Assembly (NCBI GenBank): GCA_034435375.1
Contig: DAOTXR010000073.1
Location: 231,480 to 295,479 of the forward strand
Origin: Anaerolineae bacterium
Lineage (GTDB): Bacteria; Chloroflexota; Anaerolineae; Aggregatilineales; UBA3940
Length of the DNA: 64,000 bases
Direction of reading: 5' to 3'
The notes beneath the pieces were generated by a model that ran no database searches, was not told the DNA's origin, and was given only the letters and a program-made list of their open reading frames with translations. Positions 29,122 to 38,666 of the stretch are shown in pieces. The position numbers were made by a program, and so were the translations under genes. Numbering within the stretch: position 1 is the first letter of the stretch; every line of letters begins with the position of its first letter.

Positions 29122-29949
29122 TTGAGGCCGCTTGTGAGGTTGTTATTCGATCCAGACTTTGACGACTGCCAGTGGACCGACGCCTGGCTCCACATGCCGG
29201 TGATCCAGGTGGTGCCAGGTCTCTACGGGCCGTTCAGCGTCAAAAGCTGGCAGATGGCTGAAGCGGACATCTGCGGGCAGCGAGTGGCGCTGGAGCCACC
29301 CCTGGAAGTGCGTGGGCTGATGACAGCCGAGGGCCGGCTGTGGATGTCAGACGTGCCGCAAGAACGGCTGATGATGTTCAACAACGCCCAAGCCACGCGG
29401 GGCCGGGTGCTGGTGGGTGGGCTGGGGTTAGGACTGTATCCACAGTACGCGCTGCCACGCGCCAGCCGGATAACCATCGTGGAACGCGAGGCCATGCTGA
29501 CAGAAGTAGTCGAGCCAGTGGTGCGGATCGCAGCAGAGGCAATTGGGGTGCCAGTTGAAATCCGGTTAGGAGACATTGAAGATACATTGCAGGCTGAACC
29601 TACCGACCGCTTCGACACGATCTTCCTGGACACATGGGACACACTCGACGCGGCGCACCTGCCACACATCAACCGGATGCGCGACCTGGCGCTGCGCCAT
29701 CTGTCGCCGGAGGGGCGCGTGCTGTTGTGGGGCTACCGCTGGATGGTGCGGCTGTTCGAGAGCGCGTGCGAACACCTGCTCCGGATCGAGCCGGGAGAAC
29801 GGCACAACTGGCTGCGGATCATGACGCGACAGCGACCTGCGGTGTGGCATTTGCTGCTGCCAGTGGTGGAGCACTTCGCTGGGCTGGCGGTGGAGGACAT
29901 GGGGCCGGCGCTGGCGTGGTGCCGGGAATATGTGACGAGGGTATCCTAG
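29122..29949 (+). CDS. Class I SAM-dependent methyltransferase / spermidine-synthase-like fold protein (start uncertain)
   Basis: RVLVGGLGLG motif I, ITIVERE, GDIED, FDTIFLDTW. Confidence 0.7.
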   Translation: MRPLVRLLFDPDFDDCQWTDAWLHMPVIQVVPGLYGPFSVKSWQMAEADICGQRVALEPPLEVRGLMTAEGRLWMSDVPQERLMMFNNAQATRGRVLVGGLGLGLYPQYALPRASRITIVEREAMLTEVVEPVVRIAAEAIGVPVEIRLGDIEDTLQAEPTDRFDTIFLDTWDTLDAAHLPHINRMRDLALRHLSPEGRVLLWGYRWMVRLFESACEHLLRIEPGERHNWLRIMTRQRPAVWHLLLPVVEHFAGLAVEDMGPALAWCREYVTRVS

Positions 29950-30072
29950 GAAGCGCGAGAGACGCCGCTGGGGCAGGGAGACAGGGGCGTCAGACACACG
30001 ACATTCCCCCAAAGCAGACTGTGCAGCAATCGCAACCCGCGCGTTGCGCCCCCTACGCCTTCGGGCAAAGCC

Positions 30073-31314
30073 TTAACGCTCTTGCAGGACAGGCAGAGTG
30101 AACCAGAACAGCGTTCCGGCACCCAGCTCACTCTGGACGCCGATCTCTCCGCCATGACCCTCGACGATGCGCTTGGCAATCGCCAGGCCCAGGCCGGTAC
30201 CCTGAGTGTAGCCTTCTGTGTCGGACACGCGGTAGAACTTCTCAAACATGTGCTCCAGATTCTCCTGTGAGATGCCGTGGCCGGTATCTTCGACCTCCAC
30301 CCGGATGAATCTGTCCTGCTGGATGGCGCGCACCCAGACGTTGCCGCCCTCCTTATTGTACTTGACGGCATTGGTCAACAGGTTAAGCACCACCTGCGTG
30401 AGCTTCTCTTCATCACCGACAATGCTCGACATTCCCTGCGGCGGATCGACGATTAGTTGCAACGTGAGATGGCGATCGTGCGCCTGGTGACTAACGGTCT
30501 GGATGGCTGCGCCAAGCATGGCGGGGATATTGACCGGTTTGCGCTGGAGGCGTGTCCGGCCCGACTCCAGCCGCGCCAGGTCCAGAAACTCGGTAGTCAT
30601 GCGCGTCAGGCGAGTCGTCTCCTGGGCGATAGTGTCCACAAGCTGTTTGCGCTTCTCATCGCTTAACTCAGGCCGCAGGATAATATGGGTGGTGGCTTTA
30701 ATGGCTGCCAGGGGTGTGCGCAGCTCATGCACCATCTCGGCGATCAGGTCACTCTGCTCAAACAGGCGAGCATTCTCGATTGCCACCGCCGCCTGAGCTG
30801 CGAGGGTGGTCAGCATGTTCACATCCTCGTCGGTGAAAATCTGATCGCCACGTTTGTTGAGCGCCTCCAGACAGCCAATGGTCTTGTTGTGAGTGCGCAT
30901 GGGGACAGCCAGCATGTTGCGCGTCTGGAACTCGGTCTCCTCATCGACATTGCTGGACCAGCGAGGCTCCTGGCGCACATCAGCGATAACAAGCGGTTCC
31001 GAGTGGGTCACGACCCAGCCAGCGATGCTGCCTTCGAGCGGCACCTCAATCGAGTCGAGGGACAGCCCACGGGGGTCAATGGCAGCCTCAAAGCGTAGGG
31101 TGCCAGCCCGGCTCATGAGCAGGATCGAGGCGGCCTCAGTGTCGGTCAGGTCAACGGCAGAGGCCACGATATGCTCCAGCAGGGAATCGAGGTCGAGGGT
31201 AGAGCTAAGGGTGCGACTGATCTCGATCAGGCGCTCGTAGCGGGCCAACGTGCGCGCATACCGATGCGCGATCTCAAGATCTCCCTCTGGGTGAGAAGCA
31301 TCTACCTGTGTCAT
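30073..31314 (-). CDS. Cytoplasmic GAF-domain sensor histidine kinase
   Basis: GAF (SIAGWV...MLAVPM), H-box [36 protein letters not shown]. Confidence 0.95.
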   Translation of the reverse strand: MTQVDASHPEGDLEIAHRYARTLARYERLIEISRTLSSTLDLDSLLEHIVASAVDLTDTEAASILLMSRAGTLRFEAAIDPRGLSLDSIEVPLEGSIAGWVVTHSEPLVIADVRQEPRWSSNVDEETEFQTRNMLAVPMRTHNKTIGCLEALNKRGDQIFTDEDVNMLTTLAAQAAVAIENARLFEQSDLIAEMVHELRTPLAAIKATTHIILRPELSDEKRKQLVDTIAQETTRLTRMTTEFLDLARLESGRTRLQRKPVNIPAMLGAAIQTVSHQAHDRHLTLQLIVDPPQGMSSIVGDEEKLTQVVLNLLTNAVKYNKEGGNVWVRAIQQDRFIRVEVEDTGHGISQENLEHMFEKFYRVSDTEGYTQGTGLGLAIAKRIVEGHGGEIGVQSELGAGTLFWFTLPVLQER

Positions 31315-32126
31315 GTACCTTGCTTACCCTCCATCAGATCTACCAGATAGGGAAGCACTCGGGCCACATCCTCGTGGAGGACAACAGCAGCCCGGTCGTC
31401 TACGTAGGTCGCTTCGTAGTTGATAATAATCAATTGTGCATCGTGCGCCAGTGCGATCAGCGGCAGATCGGCAATGGGAGACACGGCCAACGAAGACCCG
31501 ACAACAAGCATCAGGTCACAGTCGCGGGCAGCACGACGAGCTTCCTGGAGCGGTTTGAGTGGAAGCTGTTCACCGAAGAGGACGGTATTGGGCTTCAGCA
31601 ATCCACGGCAATAGGGACAGCGAGGAATCTCACCTGATTCGATGAAGCCCGCGAGAAACAGGTCAGTCGGGTAGACGCGGAAGCACTCGACACAGGTGGC
31701 CTCGCGCATATGGCCGTGAACCTCAATCACCGCACGCGATCCGGCGCGGCGGTGCAGAGTATCGATGTTCTGGGTGATGAGCATCCGAATCAGCCCCATG
31801 GCCTCGAGGCTGGCCAACGCCATGTGAGCAGGGTTAGGTTTGGCCTCCAGCATGAGGTGCGCCAATGGCCTGATCCAGGCGTAAAACTTGGCAGGGTTCT
31901 GGCGGAAGCCATAGATGGAGGCCACTTCCATCGGGTTGGCGTGGGTCCACAGGCCAGAATGAGGGCTGCGGAAGTCAGGGATGCCGGAAGGGGTGCTGAC
32001 TCCTGCGCCGGTCAGGGCGACGGTGTAGCGCGCCCGTCGCAGGAGTTCGGCGGACCGTTCGAGTGCGGGGTAGAAAGCCGCGCTATTCTTATCCACAGCA
32101 GGGACCGAAGGCTCGCTATAGCCCAT
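31311..32126 (-). CDS. cobB: Sirtuin NAD-dependent protein deacylase
   Basis: [27 protein letters not shown] and CPYC zinc ligands, [13 protein letters not shown]. Confidence 0.92.
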   Translation of the reverse strand: MGYSEPSVPAVDKNSAAFYPALERSAELLRRARYTVALTGAGVSTPSGIPDFRSPHSGLWTHANPMEVASIYGFRQNPAKFYAWIRPLAHLMLEAKPNPAHMALASLEAMGLIRMLITQNIDTLHRRAGSRAVIEVHGHMREATCVECFRVYPTDLFLAGFIESGEIPRCPYCRGLLKPNTVLFGEQLPLKPLQEARRAARDCDLMLVVGSSLAVSPIADLPLIALAHDAQLIIINYEATYVDDRAAVVLHEDVARVLPYLVDLMEGKQGT

Positions 32127-32132
32127 TAAACT

Positions 32133-33251
32133 TCAACTTCCCGTTTGCACTGCTGCCCACAGGTCGCGGGCCAGAGTGCGGAAGCTACGCGCAGGCCGGC
32201 TGCCCGGCGCGAACACGAGCAGTGGCATCGCGGCAGCCTCGGCATGGGCAAACAGGTCAGGTGCGGCCTCGATCACCGCCAGGTGATCGACCCCCAGACC
32301 ATCTTGAATAGCGCGATAGTTCACCAGCCCAGGCGGCGGCTGCCGGTGGATCAGCACAACGCTTAGCCTAGCGCCGTTGCCGTCACACTGGCGCAGGTCG
32401 TTAAGCAGACGGGTCGAGGCCAGCAACGAGGAACGCGAGGCTTCAGCGACTACGACCAAGCGGTGGGCGAGGACCATCAAATGACAGTCCAAAGGGAGAG
32501 CGCCGCTACCTAGGTCGAACAGCGCAACATGCCCCAGCGAGGCTGCTGCCCGGACGCATCGTTCACACCACGCCCTGCAACGAGCCTCGTCCTCAGGCAA
32601 GCAATCCAGCGAAGGAAACACATGAAGCAGCCTGCCGACCGGAATGAGCGCACCGCCTATTTCCTCCGCAGACAGGTTGCGGAGAGGCACAGACGCGGCA
32701 GGGAGGTTCAGGCGGTAGCGCAGCATGTCTGCCCCCGGTCCAATCCCAGCCAGCAGCGTGAACAGGCCGGCCCTGGCCAGCGCCAGAGCTGTGTTCACGG
32801 TGACGGTAGTTGTGCCTGAGCCGGCTGTCGCGCCCATGAAAATCACAACACGCCCAGCGGCTGCCACAGGCTCCAATGCCCTGGACGAGGCATGGGCCAG
32901 GGCCGACTTGACGCGCGAGACCAGCTCTGCGGGTTGGATCGGCTTGGTCAGATAATCGTCAACCCCTGCCTCAAAACCGGCAACCTTGTCGTCAATCGAA
33001 CTTTTGGCCGTCAGTATGATGATCGGAACACTGGCAGTCGGGCCATAGGCGCGCAGGCTGCGGGCAACAGCGTAGCCATCCATGCCGGGCATCATCACAT
33101 CCAGGATGACGAGATCAGGAGGCTTTGCAGCGACCAGGTCGAGAGCCTCCTGCCCGCCGCTGGCCCGGCTCACACGATATCCCTGTCGGGTGAGCAGCAG
33201 GTCGATCAGGGTCAGCGTTTGGAGATCATCGTCCACAGCCAGGATGTGCAT
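32133..33251 (-). CDS. Response regulator fused to a degenerate MinD/ParA (CpaE-like) domain
   Basis: REC: AVDD, LDVMMP, LTA, KP. Then FMGATAGSGTTTV deviant Walker A and LFDLG. Confidence 0.8.
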   Translation of the reverse strand: MHILAVDDDLQTLTLIDLLLTRQGYRVSRASGGQEALDLVAAKPPDLVILDVMMPGMDGYAVARSLRAYGPTASVPIIILTAKSSIDDKVAGFEAGVDDYLTKPIQPAELVSRVKSALAHASSRALEPVAAAGRVVIFMGATAGSGTTTVTVNTALALARAGLFTLLAGIGPGADMLRYRLNLPAASVPLRNLSAEEIGGALIPVGRLLHVFPSLDCLPEDEARCRAWCERCVRAAASLGHVALFDLGSGALPLDCHLMVLAHRLVVVAEASRSSLLASTRLLNDLRQCDGNGARLSVVLIHRQPPPGLVNYRAIQDGLGVDHLAVIEAAPDLFAHAEAAAMPLLVFAPGSRPARSFRTLARDLWAAVQTGS

Positions 33252-33469
33252 AGGGGTAGTGTAGCAGAAAAGAATCGGGGATACAAGGAACCCCCCAGCG
33301 GATGTTGCCCAACCCTCGATAGATGCCGAGTCTAAGCTGCCCACCCTCACGGCTCTCTTGGGCGACCCCCTTCACTTGCGCGGCCCTTTTTAACAGTGTA
33401 TAGTGACAACACGACAATGATTGGAAACCAGTTGATTGCGCGTGTTTGCGCCGAGGCTGCGGAGTTCCT

Positions 33470-34156
33470 ATGGGTGAGAAGATACTGGTCGTTGATGATG
33501 AAGAAACCACCGTCCACCTGCTCACCATCCTGCTCGAGCACAAAGGCTTCGAGGTGATCAAGGCTCTCCGCGCCGAGGAAGGACTGCGCAAAGCATACCG
33601 CACCCAGCCAGACCTGATCCTGCTTGACATCATGATGCCGGACATGGACGGGCTGGAGGTCTGTCGTCGTCTGCGCGAACTCTCGGACGTGCCCATCATC
33701 TTTCTGACCGCCCGTACCGACACGAAGGACATCGTGAAGGGGTTGGAGATGGGGGCCGATGATTACATTGTGAAGCCCTACGACAACGACGAACTGATCG
33801 CGCGCATTAAGGCTCACCTGCGGCGTGCCCCCAAGAACGCGATGGTGGAAGAGCTGGTTTTCGATGGGGGCAAATTCCGCATCAATCTGATGAACCGTGA
33901 GGTAGTCGTTGACGGCGTGCAGCGCCATCTGACCCCCAAAGAGTTTTCGTTGCTGAGTGTGCTGGCTCGCAACGCGGGGCGCGTGGTCACGCGCAGAGAG
34001 TTGGTGATGGAGGCTTGGGGGTCAGAGTATGACGACGCCATCGACAGCCTGAAACTGTACATCCACTATCTGCGGAAGAAGGTAGAAAAGGACCCCAACC
34101 GCCCAGAGTACATTCTGACCTCGCGTGGAGTGGGATACCGATTCGCCAACCGGTGA
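33470..34156 (+). CDS. OmpR-family response regulator
   Basis: ILVVDD, LDIMMP, GADDYIVKPY; winged helix LTPKEFSLL...YLRKKVE...YILTSRGVGYRF. Confidence 0.95.
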   Translation: MGEKILVVDDEETTVHLLTILLEHKGFEVIKALRAEEGLRKAYRTQPDLILLDIMMPDMDGLEVCRRLRELSDVPIIFLTARTDTKDIVKGLEMGADDYIVKPYDNDELIARIKAHLRRAPKNAMVEELVFDGGKFRINLMNREVVVDGVQRHLTPKEFSLLSVLARNAGRVVTRRELVMEAWGSEYDDAIDSLKLYIHYLRKKVEKDPNRPEYILTSRGVGYRFANR

Positions 34157-34215
34157 AATCTGATGGCAGAGAAGACCGCAGAGGCATCAAAAGGGAATTT
34201 GAGCTGAGGCCATCC

Positions 34216-34869
34216 TCAATGCGACTGCCATACGCGGAGATGGTCAAACTGCATTGCCGCCCCGCCAGCGGTCAGGGCTTCGACGACAAAGCCAATTTGC
34301 AAGGCTAAGGTGGACTGCGTTCTCCCTGTGGCATCGGTCAGAACGGCAGCCAGTTCGTCGTTGATGCGCACAACCACCTGATCGCCAGTCAAGTCGGCGC
34401 GGATGCGATTGGGTTCACCATGCGATCTGAGGTGGGGAAAGGTCTGCCAGTCTACAATGAAGTCAATCTCACTGCCCTCCACCTTGTAGACGGCGTAGTA
34501 GCCATTGCCGTTGACGACTACCACGAACGCATTGTCCGGCCCTGACCCCCACCATAAGCCATACCCAGCGTCGGATGGCCCGTCTACCTGCCGCGCCGTG
34601 ACCTCGACTGTGGCGGGGGGGTGGATGGTGTAGGATGTCATCACAAAGGTTCGGGCGCGTGGATTGGCCACCTCGACAAGGTATGTGTCACCCAGGCTGG
34701 CATCGACGGTCAGATCGCCTAGAGGACGCGGGTCGCTGATGCCCCCAAGCGCCAACGCCAGCAGCGCCGCGATGAACACCAGCACGCCGACCAGCACGCC
34801 GATAGAGGCTTTCCACAGCCAGAGAGGAACCTCGTCGGGGCTGGTCAGGACGTCGCTTCCACGGCTCAC
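34216..34869 (-). CDS. Membrane-anchored hypothetical protein with beta-sandwich (ConA/DUF1080-like) domain
   Basis: Single N-terminal TM, then GYGLWW...NGNGYYAVYK...DWQTFP...NRIRA...VRIND. Confidence 0.6.
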   Translation of the reverse strand: MSRGSDVLTSPDEVPLWLWKASIGVLVGVLVFIAALLALALGGISDPRPLGDLTVDASLGDTYLVEVANPRARTFVMTSYTIHPPATVEVTARQVDGPSDAGYGLWWGSGPDNAFVVVVNGNGYYAVYKVEGSEIDFIVDWQTFPHLRSHGEPNRIRADLTGDQVVVRINDELAAVLTDATGRTQSTLALQIGFVVEALTAGGAAMQFDHLRVWQSH

Positions 34870-34884
34870 GGCGACCCATACCCC

Positions 34885-35958
34885 TCAGCAGATCCTCGGC
34901 AGCTGCTCCCCAACCAGGGTATCGATCACCCGGCTGCCGCCAATGGCCGTGCGAGCCGTCACCATACCAGGATGCGCCTCGACCACCCTGCCAATGAGAG
35001 CGGCATGGCGGCCTTTGGGGTGCGCCCTCATAGCATCAAGAAGCAGATCGGCAGCAGATTCCGGCGCCACGACAACTAGCTTGCCTTCATTCGCCACGTA
35101 GAAGGGATCGAGGCCCAGCATTTCGCAGGCCGCACCGACGGCAGGCGGCACTGGCACCGCCGCTTCATCCACCTCGATGCCCACGTGCGAAGCTCGCGCG
35201 AATTCGTTGAGTGTGGCAGCCAAGCCACCGCGTGTCGGGTCACGCATACAGTGGATGTCCTGCGTCACGGCTAGCATTGCTGCCACCAGGTCATGCAGCG
35301 GCTGGGAGTCGCTGCGCAGCTCCGTCTCGAACTGGAGACCTTCTCGCACGGAAAGAATGGCTATGCCGTGCTCGCCGATAGGACCACTCACCAGCACCAC
35401 GTCACCGCGGCAGGCATGGTGCGGCGCAATGTGTACGCCGGATGGCACGAGGCCGATCCCCGTGGTGTTGATGTACACACCGTCGCCGTGTCCCTTTTCA
35501 ACCACCTTAGTATCGCCGGTGACGATCTGCACACCGGCAGCACGAGCTGCCTCTGCCATTGACGTAGCAATCTGGCCCAACGTGTCAATCGGCAGGCCTT
35601 CTTCCAGGATATACCCGGCGCTCATGAACAGTGGCATGGCCCCGCTCATGGCCAAATCGTTGACCGTGCCGTGCACCGCCAGGCTGCCAATGTCGCCGCC
35701 AGGGAAAAACAGCGGGCTGACCGTGAACGAGTCAGTGGTGAAGGCTAGCTGCACACCAGCGATGTCAACAATAGCCTGATCGCCAAGTACGTTCAGGGCA
35801 GGGTTGTCAAACAGCGGTCTGAAGATGTGCTCGATCAGGTCGGCGGAGAGCTTGCCTCCGCCACCGTGGCCCATCACAATGGTAGGGTAAGCACGCAAAG
35901 GGACAGGGCACACCCAGCCTTCGGCTTGAATTGAGTTGAGTGGAGGAAGATCGGTCAC
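34885..35958 (-). CDS. hypE: Hydrogenase maturation carbamoyl dehydratase HypE
   Basis: MGHGGGG, TTDSFTV, GTVNDL, GDTKVV, MRDPTRGG, C-terminal EQLPRIC; start placed at GTG (MTDLP). Confidence 0.95.
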   Translation of the reverse strand: MTDLPPLNSIQAEGWVCPVPLRAYPTIVMGHGGGGKLSADLIEHIFRPLFDNPALNVLGDQAIVDIAGVQLAFTTDSFTVSPLFFPGGDIGSLAVHGTVNDLAMSGAMPLFMSAGYILEEGLPIDTLGQIATSMAEAARAAGVQIVTGDTKVVEKGHGDGVYINTTGIGLVPSGVHIAPHHACRGDVVLVSGPIGEHGIAILSVREGLQFETELRSDSQPLHDLVAAMLAVTQDIHCMRDPTRGGLAATLNEFARASHVGIEVDEAAVPVPPAVGAACEMLGLDPFYVANEGKLVVVAPESAADLLLDAMRAHPKGRHAALIGRVVEAHPGMVTARTAIGGSRVIDTLVGEQLPRIC

Positions 35959-36329
35959 AGGCACCTCTGCGCTGTACAACAGCCATACATGGACAACCGA
36001 GAGGCGACAACCCGGCGTCTATATCAACCGCAGCAAGCACAATGATAAGGGCAAAGAGCGATTCTGCACAGATCTGCCCAAGGGGCCTCAGGGTATGTAT
36101 TCTGGCTGTGCTCACTGGGTATCACTACCCCTGGCTCGACCCCAACTCGGAGGGGGAGCAGCTCCGAATGGGGGATTGACAGTTTGGCAATAGTCTATCA
36201 CAATGAGGGCAGTCGCTTCTTCCCGGTCGCCGTGTAGGGAAACACCGAACGGGGAAGAACAAGGGATCGGTTGAGTGAGGACAGGTGCGACTTGTACTTG
36301 AGCCTTTCTTTATCACAGAGGAGCACATC

Positions 36330-36761
36330 ATGGGCCTTTTTGGCGGTATGAACTTTCCGAGGACTGTTCAGAAGTACTGCAATGAACAAGGGTGGAAGAT
36401 CGACGATCTCAATGACAGGCGCGCCATCCTCAAATTCAACATGCCCTCGGGCCGTGCGCAGACGCTGTTTATCATCCTGTTTGAGTCAACGTTGGAGTTC
36501 TCGGTGCCTAGCATCGCGATCTTTGACTCCGAAAAGGACATTCCGCACTTCCTGTCTACGATCCTGCTCAAGCGCAGTGCGGAACGAAAGATCGGCTTCT
36601 GGGTGATTGAGGAGATCAACGGCAAGCACGTCTACTCGTGCATGCACAACGCTGAGCTTCAGTTGATGAACGGCGACTACTTTGCCAAAGTGGTTCGAGC
36701 GCTTGTGACGGAGTGCGATACTTTTGAGGGATTGCTGCTGGATATTTTGCGGCAGAGTTAA
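36330..36761 (+). CDS. Hypothetical protein, possibly YbjN/type III chaperone-like fold
   Basis: GAGGAG RBS; 143 aa; ILLKRSAERKIGFWVIE resembles the amphipathic motif of YbjN-like proteins. Confidence 0.55.
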   Translation: MGLFGGMNFPRTVQKYCNEQGWKIDDLNDRRAILKFNMPSGRAQTLFIILFESTLEFSVPSIAIFDSEKDIPHFLSTILLKRSAERKIGFWVIEEINGKHVYSCMHNAELQLMNGDYFAKVVRALVTECDTFEGLLLDILRQS

Positions 36762-37005
36762 GCGTTTCGTAGGGCAGGGTTTCAATCCCTTTGGTGAAGC
36801 CTCAGGTTCGATTGAGAGCTGTTCGGTCAAACGCTTAAGACCCTCTCAGTATGCTCAACTAAGTGTGGATTCTGGGGAACCATCTTAGTTGCCTGCCTGT
36901 TGGGGTTCCATTGCCAGGCGAATGTATGAGGGGTAGCGTGGCTTTTCTGCCATGCTACCCCTCTTCGATTCCGACTGCACAAAGCGGATAAAAGGTCTCC
37001 AATTG

Positions 37006-37034
37006 TTGTAAAACCCTTGGTGTTGTGATACCAT
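37006..37034 (+). promoter_or_regulatory. Sigma70-type promoter of the nuo operon
   Basis: TTGTAA-N17-TACCAT with extended -10 TG. Confidence 0.55.
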
Positions 37035-37049
37035 CCTCTTAACCTGACT

Positions 37050-37067
37050 TTGTGACGTTTGCCACAA
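37050..37067. promoter_or_regulatory. Rex-like (or CRP-like) operator
   Basis: TTGTGACGTTTGCCACAA versus the Rex consensus TTGTGAA-N4-TTCACAA; lies just downstream of the predicted start site. Confidence 0.55.
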
Positions 37068-37187
37068 CGGGAAACGCGGCCCCATGGGCTTTTCGCCGGC
37101 CTGCTGCGGGTTGTCGCTGTCTGCGACCCACCTCGATACCAGAGAGGACACGCCTCCAACGTCTTGGTCTTGTTGAGGGAAGGCCAC

Positions 37188-37547
37188 ATGTTATTTCAAC
37201 AGTACCTGCCCATCATGATCCTGGTGATTCTCTCAACACTGCTCAGCCTAATTGTGGTATTTATTTCTACGATCATGGGGCCACGCCGTCCCACGGCCAA
37301 GAAGCTGACTCCTTACGAGTCAGGAATGACACCCATCGGTCCTGCTGTGCGTCGTCTGCCGGTCAAGTTCTATCTAGTGGCAGTGCTGTTCATCCTATTT
37401 GACGTTGAGATCATCTTCCTGATGCCCTATGCCGTGGTTCTGCGCAAACTGGGGGTGTACGGCCTGGTTGTCACGGGCATTTTCACGTTTGTGTTGACGG
37501 TAGGGTTGGTGTATGAGTGGCTGAGAGGGGGACTGAAGTGGGAATAG
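37188..37547 (+). CDS. nuoA: NADH-quinone oxidoreductase subunit A
   Basis: [19 protein letters not shown]. Confidence 0.95.
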   Translation: MLFQQYLPIMILVILSTLLSLIVVFISTIMGPRRPTAKKLTPYESGMTPIGPAVRRLPVKFYLVAVLFILFDVEIIFLMPYAVVLRKLGVYGLVVTGIFTFVLTVGLVYEWLRGGLKWE

Positions 37548-38065
37548 ACAGCCCTGAGGGCAAATCCGGAACGCTAGGCATTGTCACGACCACGCTTGAA
37601 CAAGCGGTCAACTGGAGCCGCACTCGCGCGATGTGGCCCATGCTGTTTGGCCTGGCCTGCTGCGCCATCGAAATGATGAGCACCCAGGCGTCGCGCTATG
37701 ACATGTCGCGCTTTGGGATGGAGTTGATGCGGGCCTCACCTCGGCAGAGCGATCTGATGATCGTTGCTGGTCGGGTGAGCCGCAAAATGGCCCCTGTGGT
37801 TCGCCGCCTGTACGATCAGATGCCCTCGCCGAAGTGGGTCATCGCCATGGGCGACTGTGCAAGCTGTGGAGGCGTGTTCAACAACTATGCCATCCTGCAA
37901 GGCGTGGATGAAGTGGTGCCCGTGGACGTGTACATCGCAGGGTGTCCACCCCGCCCAGAGCAGTTGATGCATGGCATCCTGACACTCCATCAAAAGGTGA
38001 TGGACCAGAAGTTCTCAGACTGGGCCACGTGGGGCAAGAAGAAGGAAACGGCTACCGCAAGATAG
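37538..38065 (+). CDS. nuoB: NADH-quinone oxidoreductase subunit B
   Basis: [27 protein letters not shown]. Confidence 0.96.
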   Translation: MGIDSPEGKSGTLGIVTTTLEQAVNWSRTRAMWPMLFGLACCAIEMMSTQASRYDMSRFGMELMRASPRQSDLMIVAGRVSRKMAPVVRRLYDQMPSPKWVIAMGDCASCGGVFNNYAILQGVDEVVPVDVYIAGCPPRPEQLMHGILTLHQKVMDQKFSDWATWGKKKETATAR

Positions 38066-38137
38066 CCACCATTATTGCGCCGAGTTCATCAGTGCCTGCG
38101 ATAGCGCAGGCATCCTGCTGCTAAATGGACAACTGAA

Positions 38138-38662
38138 ATGAGCGTCTATTCACGCAAGATAGCCAACCGAATTCAGGCCAGGTTTCCAGAAGCAGTCCAG
38201 GAGATTGTGGAATTTCGAGGCGAGATCACAGTCGTGATTGGCCGCCAATCCCTGGTCGAGGTGGCCGCCTTTTGCCGCGATGCTGAAGGTCTGGAGTTTA
38301 ACATGCTTGCTGACCTGGCAGCAGTGGACTACTGGCCACAGGAGCCGCGACTGGCAGTGAATTACGTCTTGTACTCACTAGCCCTCGGCCACATGATCCG
38401 GCTGAAGGTCTATGCGCCCGGCGATGATCCCGTGATCCCGTCAGTCACCGGGGTGTGGGCGGGGGCCAACTGGCCAGAGCGCGAGGCCTGGGATATGTTT
38501 GGCATTAAGTTTGAGGGGCACCCTGACCTGCGCCGTATCTTGATGCCCTACGACTGGACTGGCCATCCGCAGCGCAAAGACTATCCGTTGGGATACGAGG
38601 AAGTTCAGTTCAGCTTCAACTTCGGTCGTGTGCAGGCCCACAAGCCACAGCCGAAGGAGTGA
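38138..38662 (+). CDS. nuoC: NADH-quinone oxidoreductase subunit C
   Basis: WPEREAWDMFGI, GHPDLRRIL, GHPQRKDYPL. Confidence 0.96.
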   Translation: MSVYSRKIANRIQARFPEAVQEIVEFRGEITVVIGRQSLVEVAAFCRDAEGLEFNMLADLAAVDYWPQEPRLAVNYVLYSLALGHMIRLKVYAPGDDPVIPSVTGVWAGANWPEREAWDMFGIKFEGHPDLRRILMPYDWTGHPQRKDYPLGYEEVQFSFNFGRVQAHKPQPKE

Positions 38663-38666
38663 CGCC

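Noticed and set aside
36779-36815. GTTTCAATCCC resembles the start of some CRISPR repeats
   Set aside because: Single occurrence with no repeat-spacer periodicity and no cas genes; better explained as part of a local hairpin.
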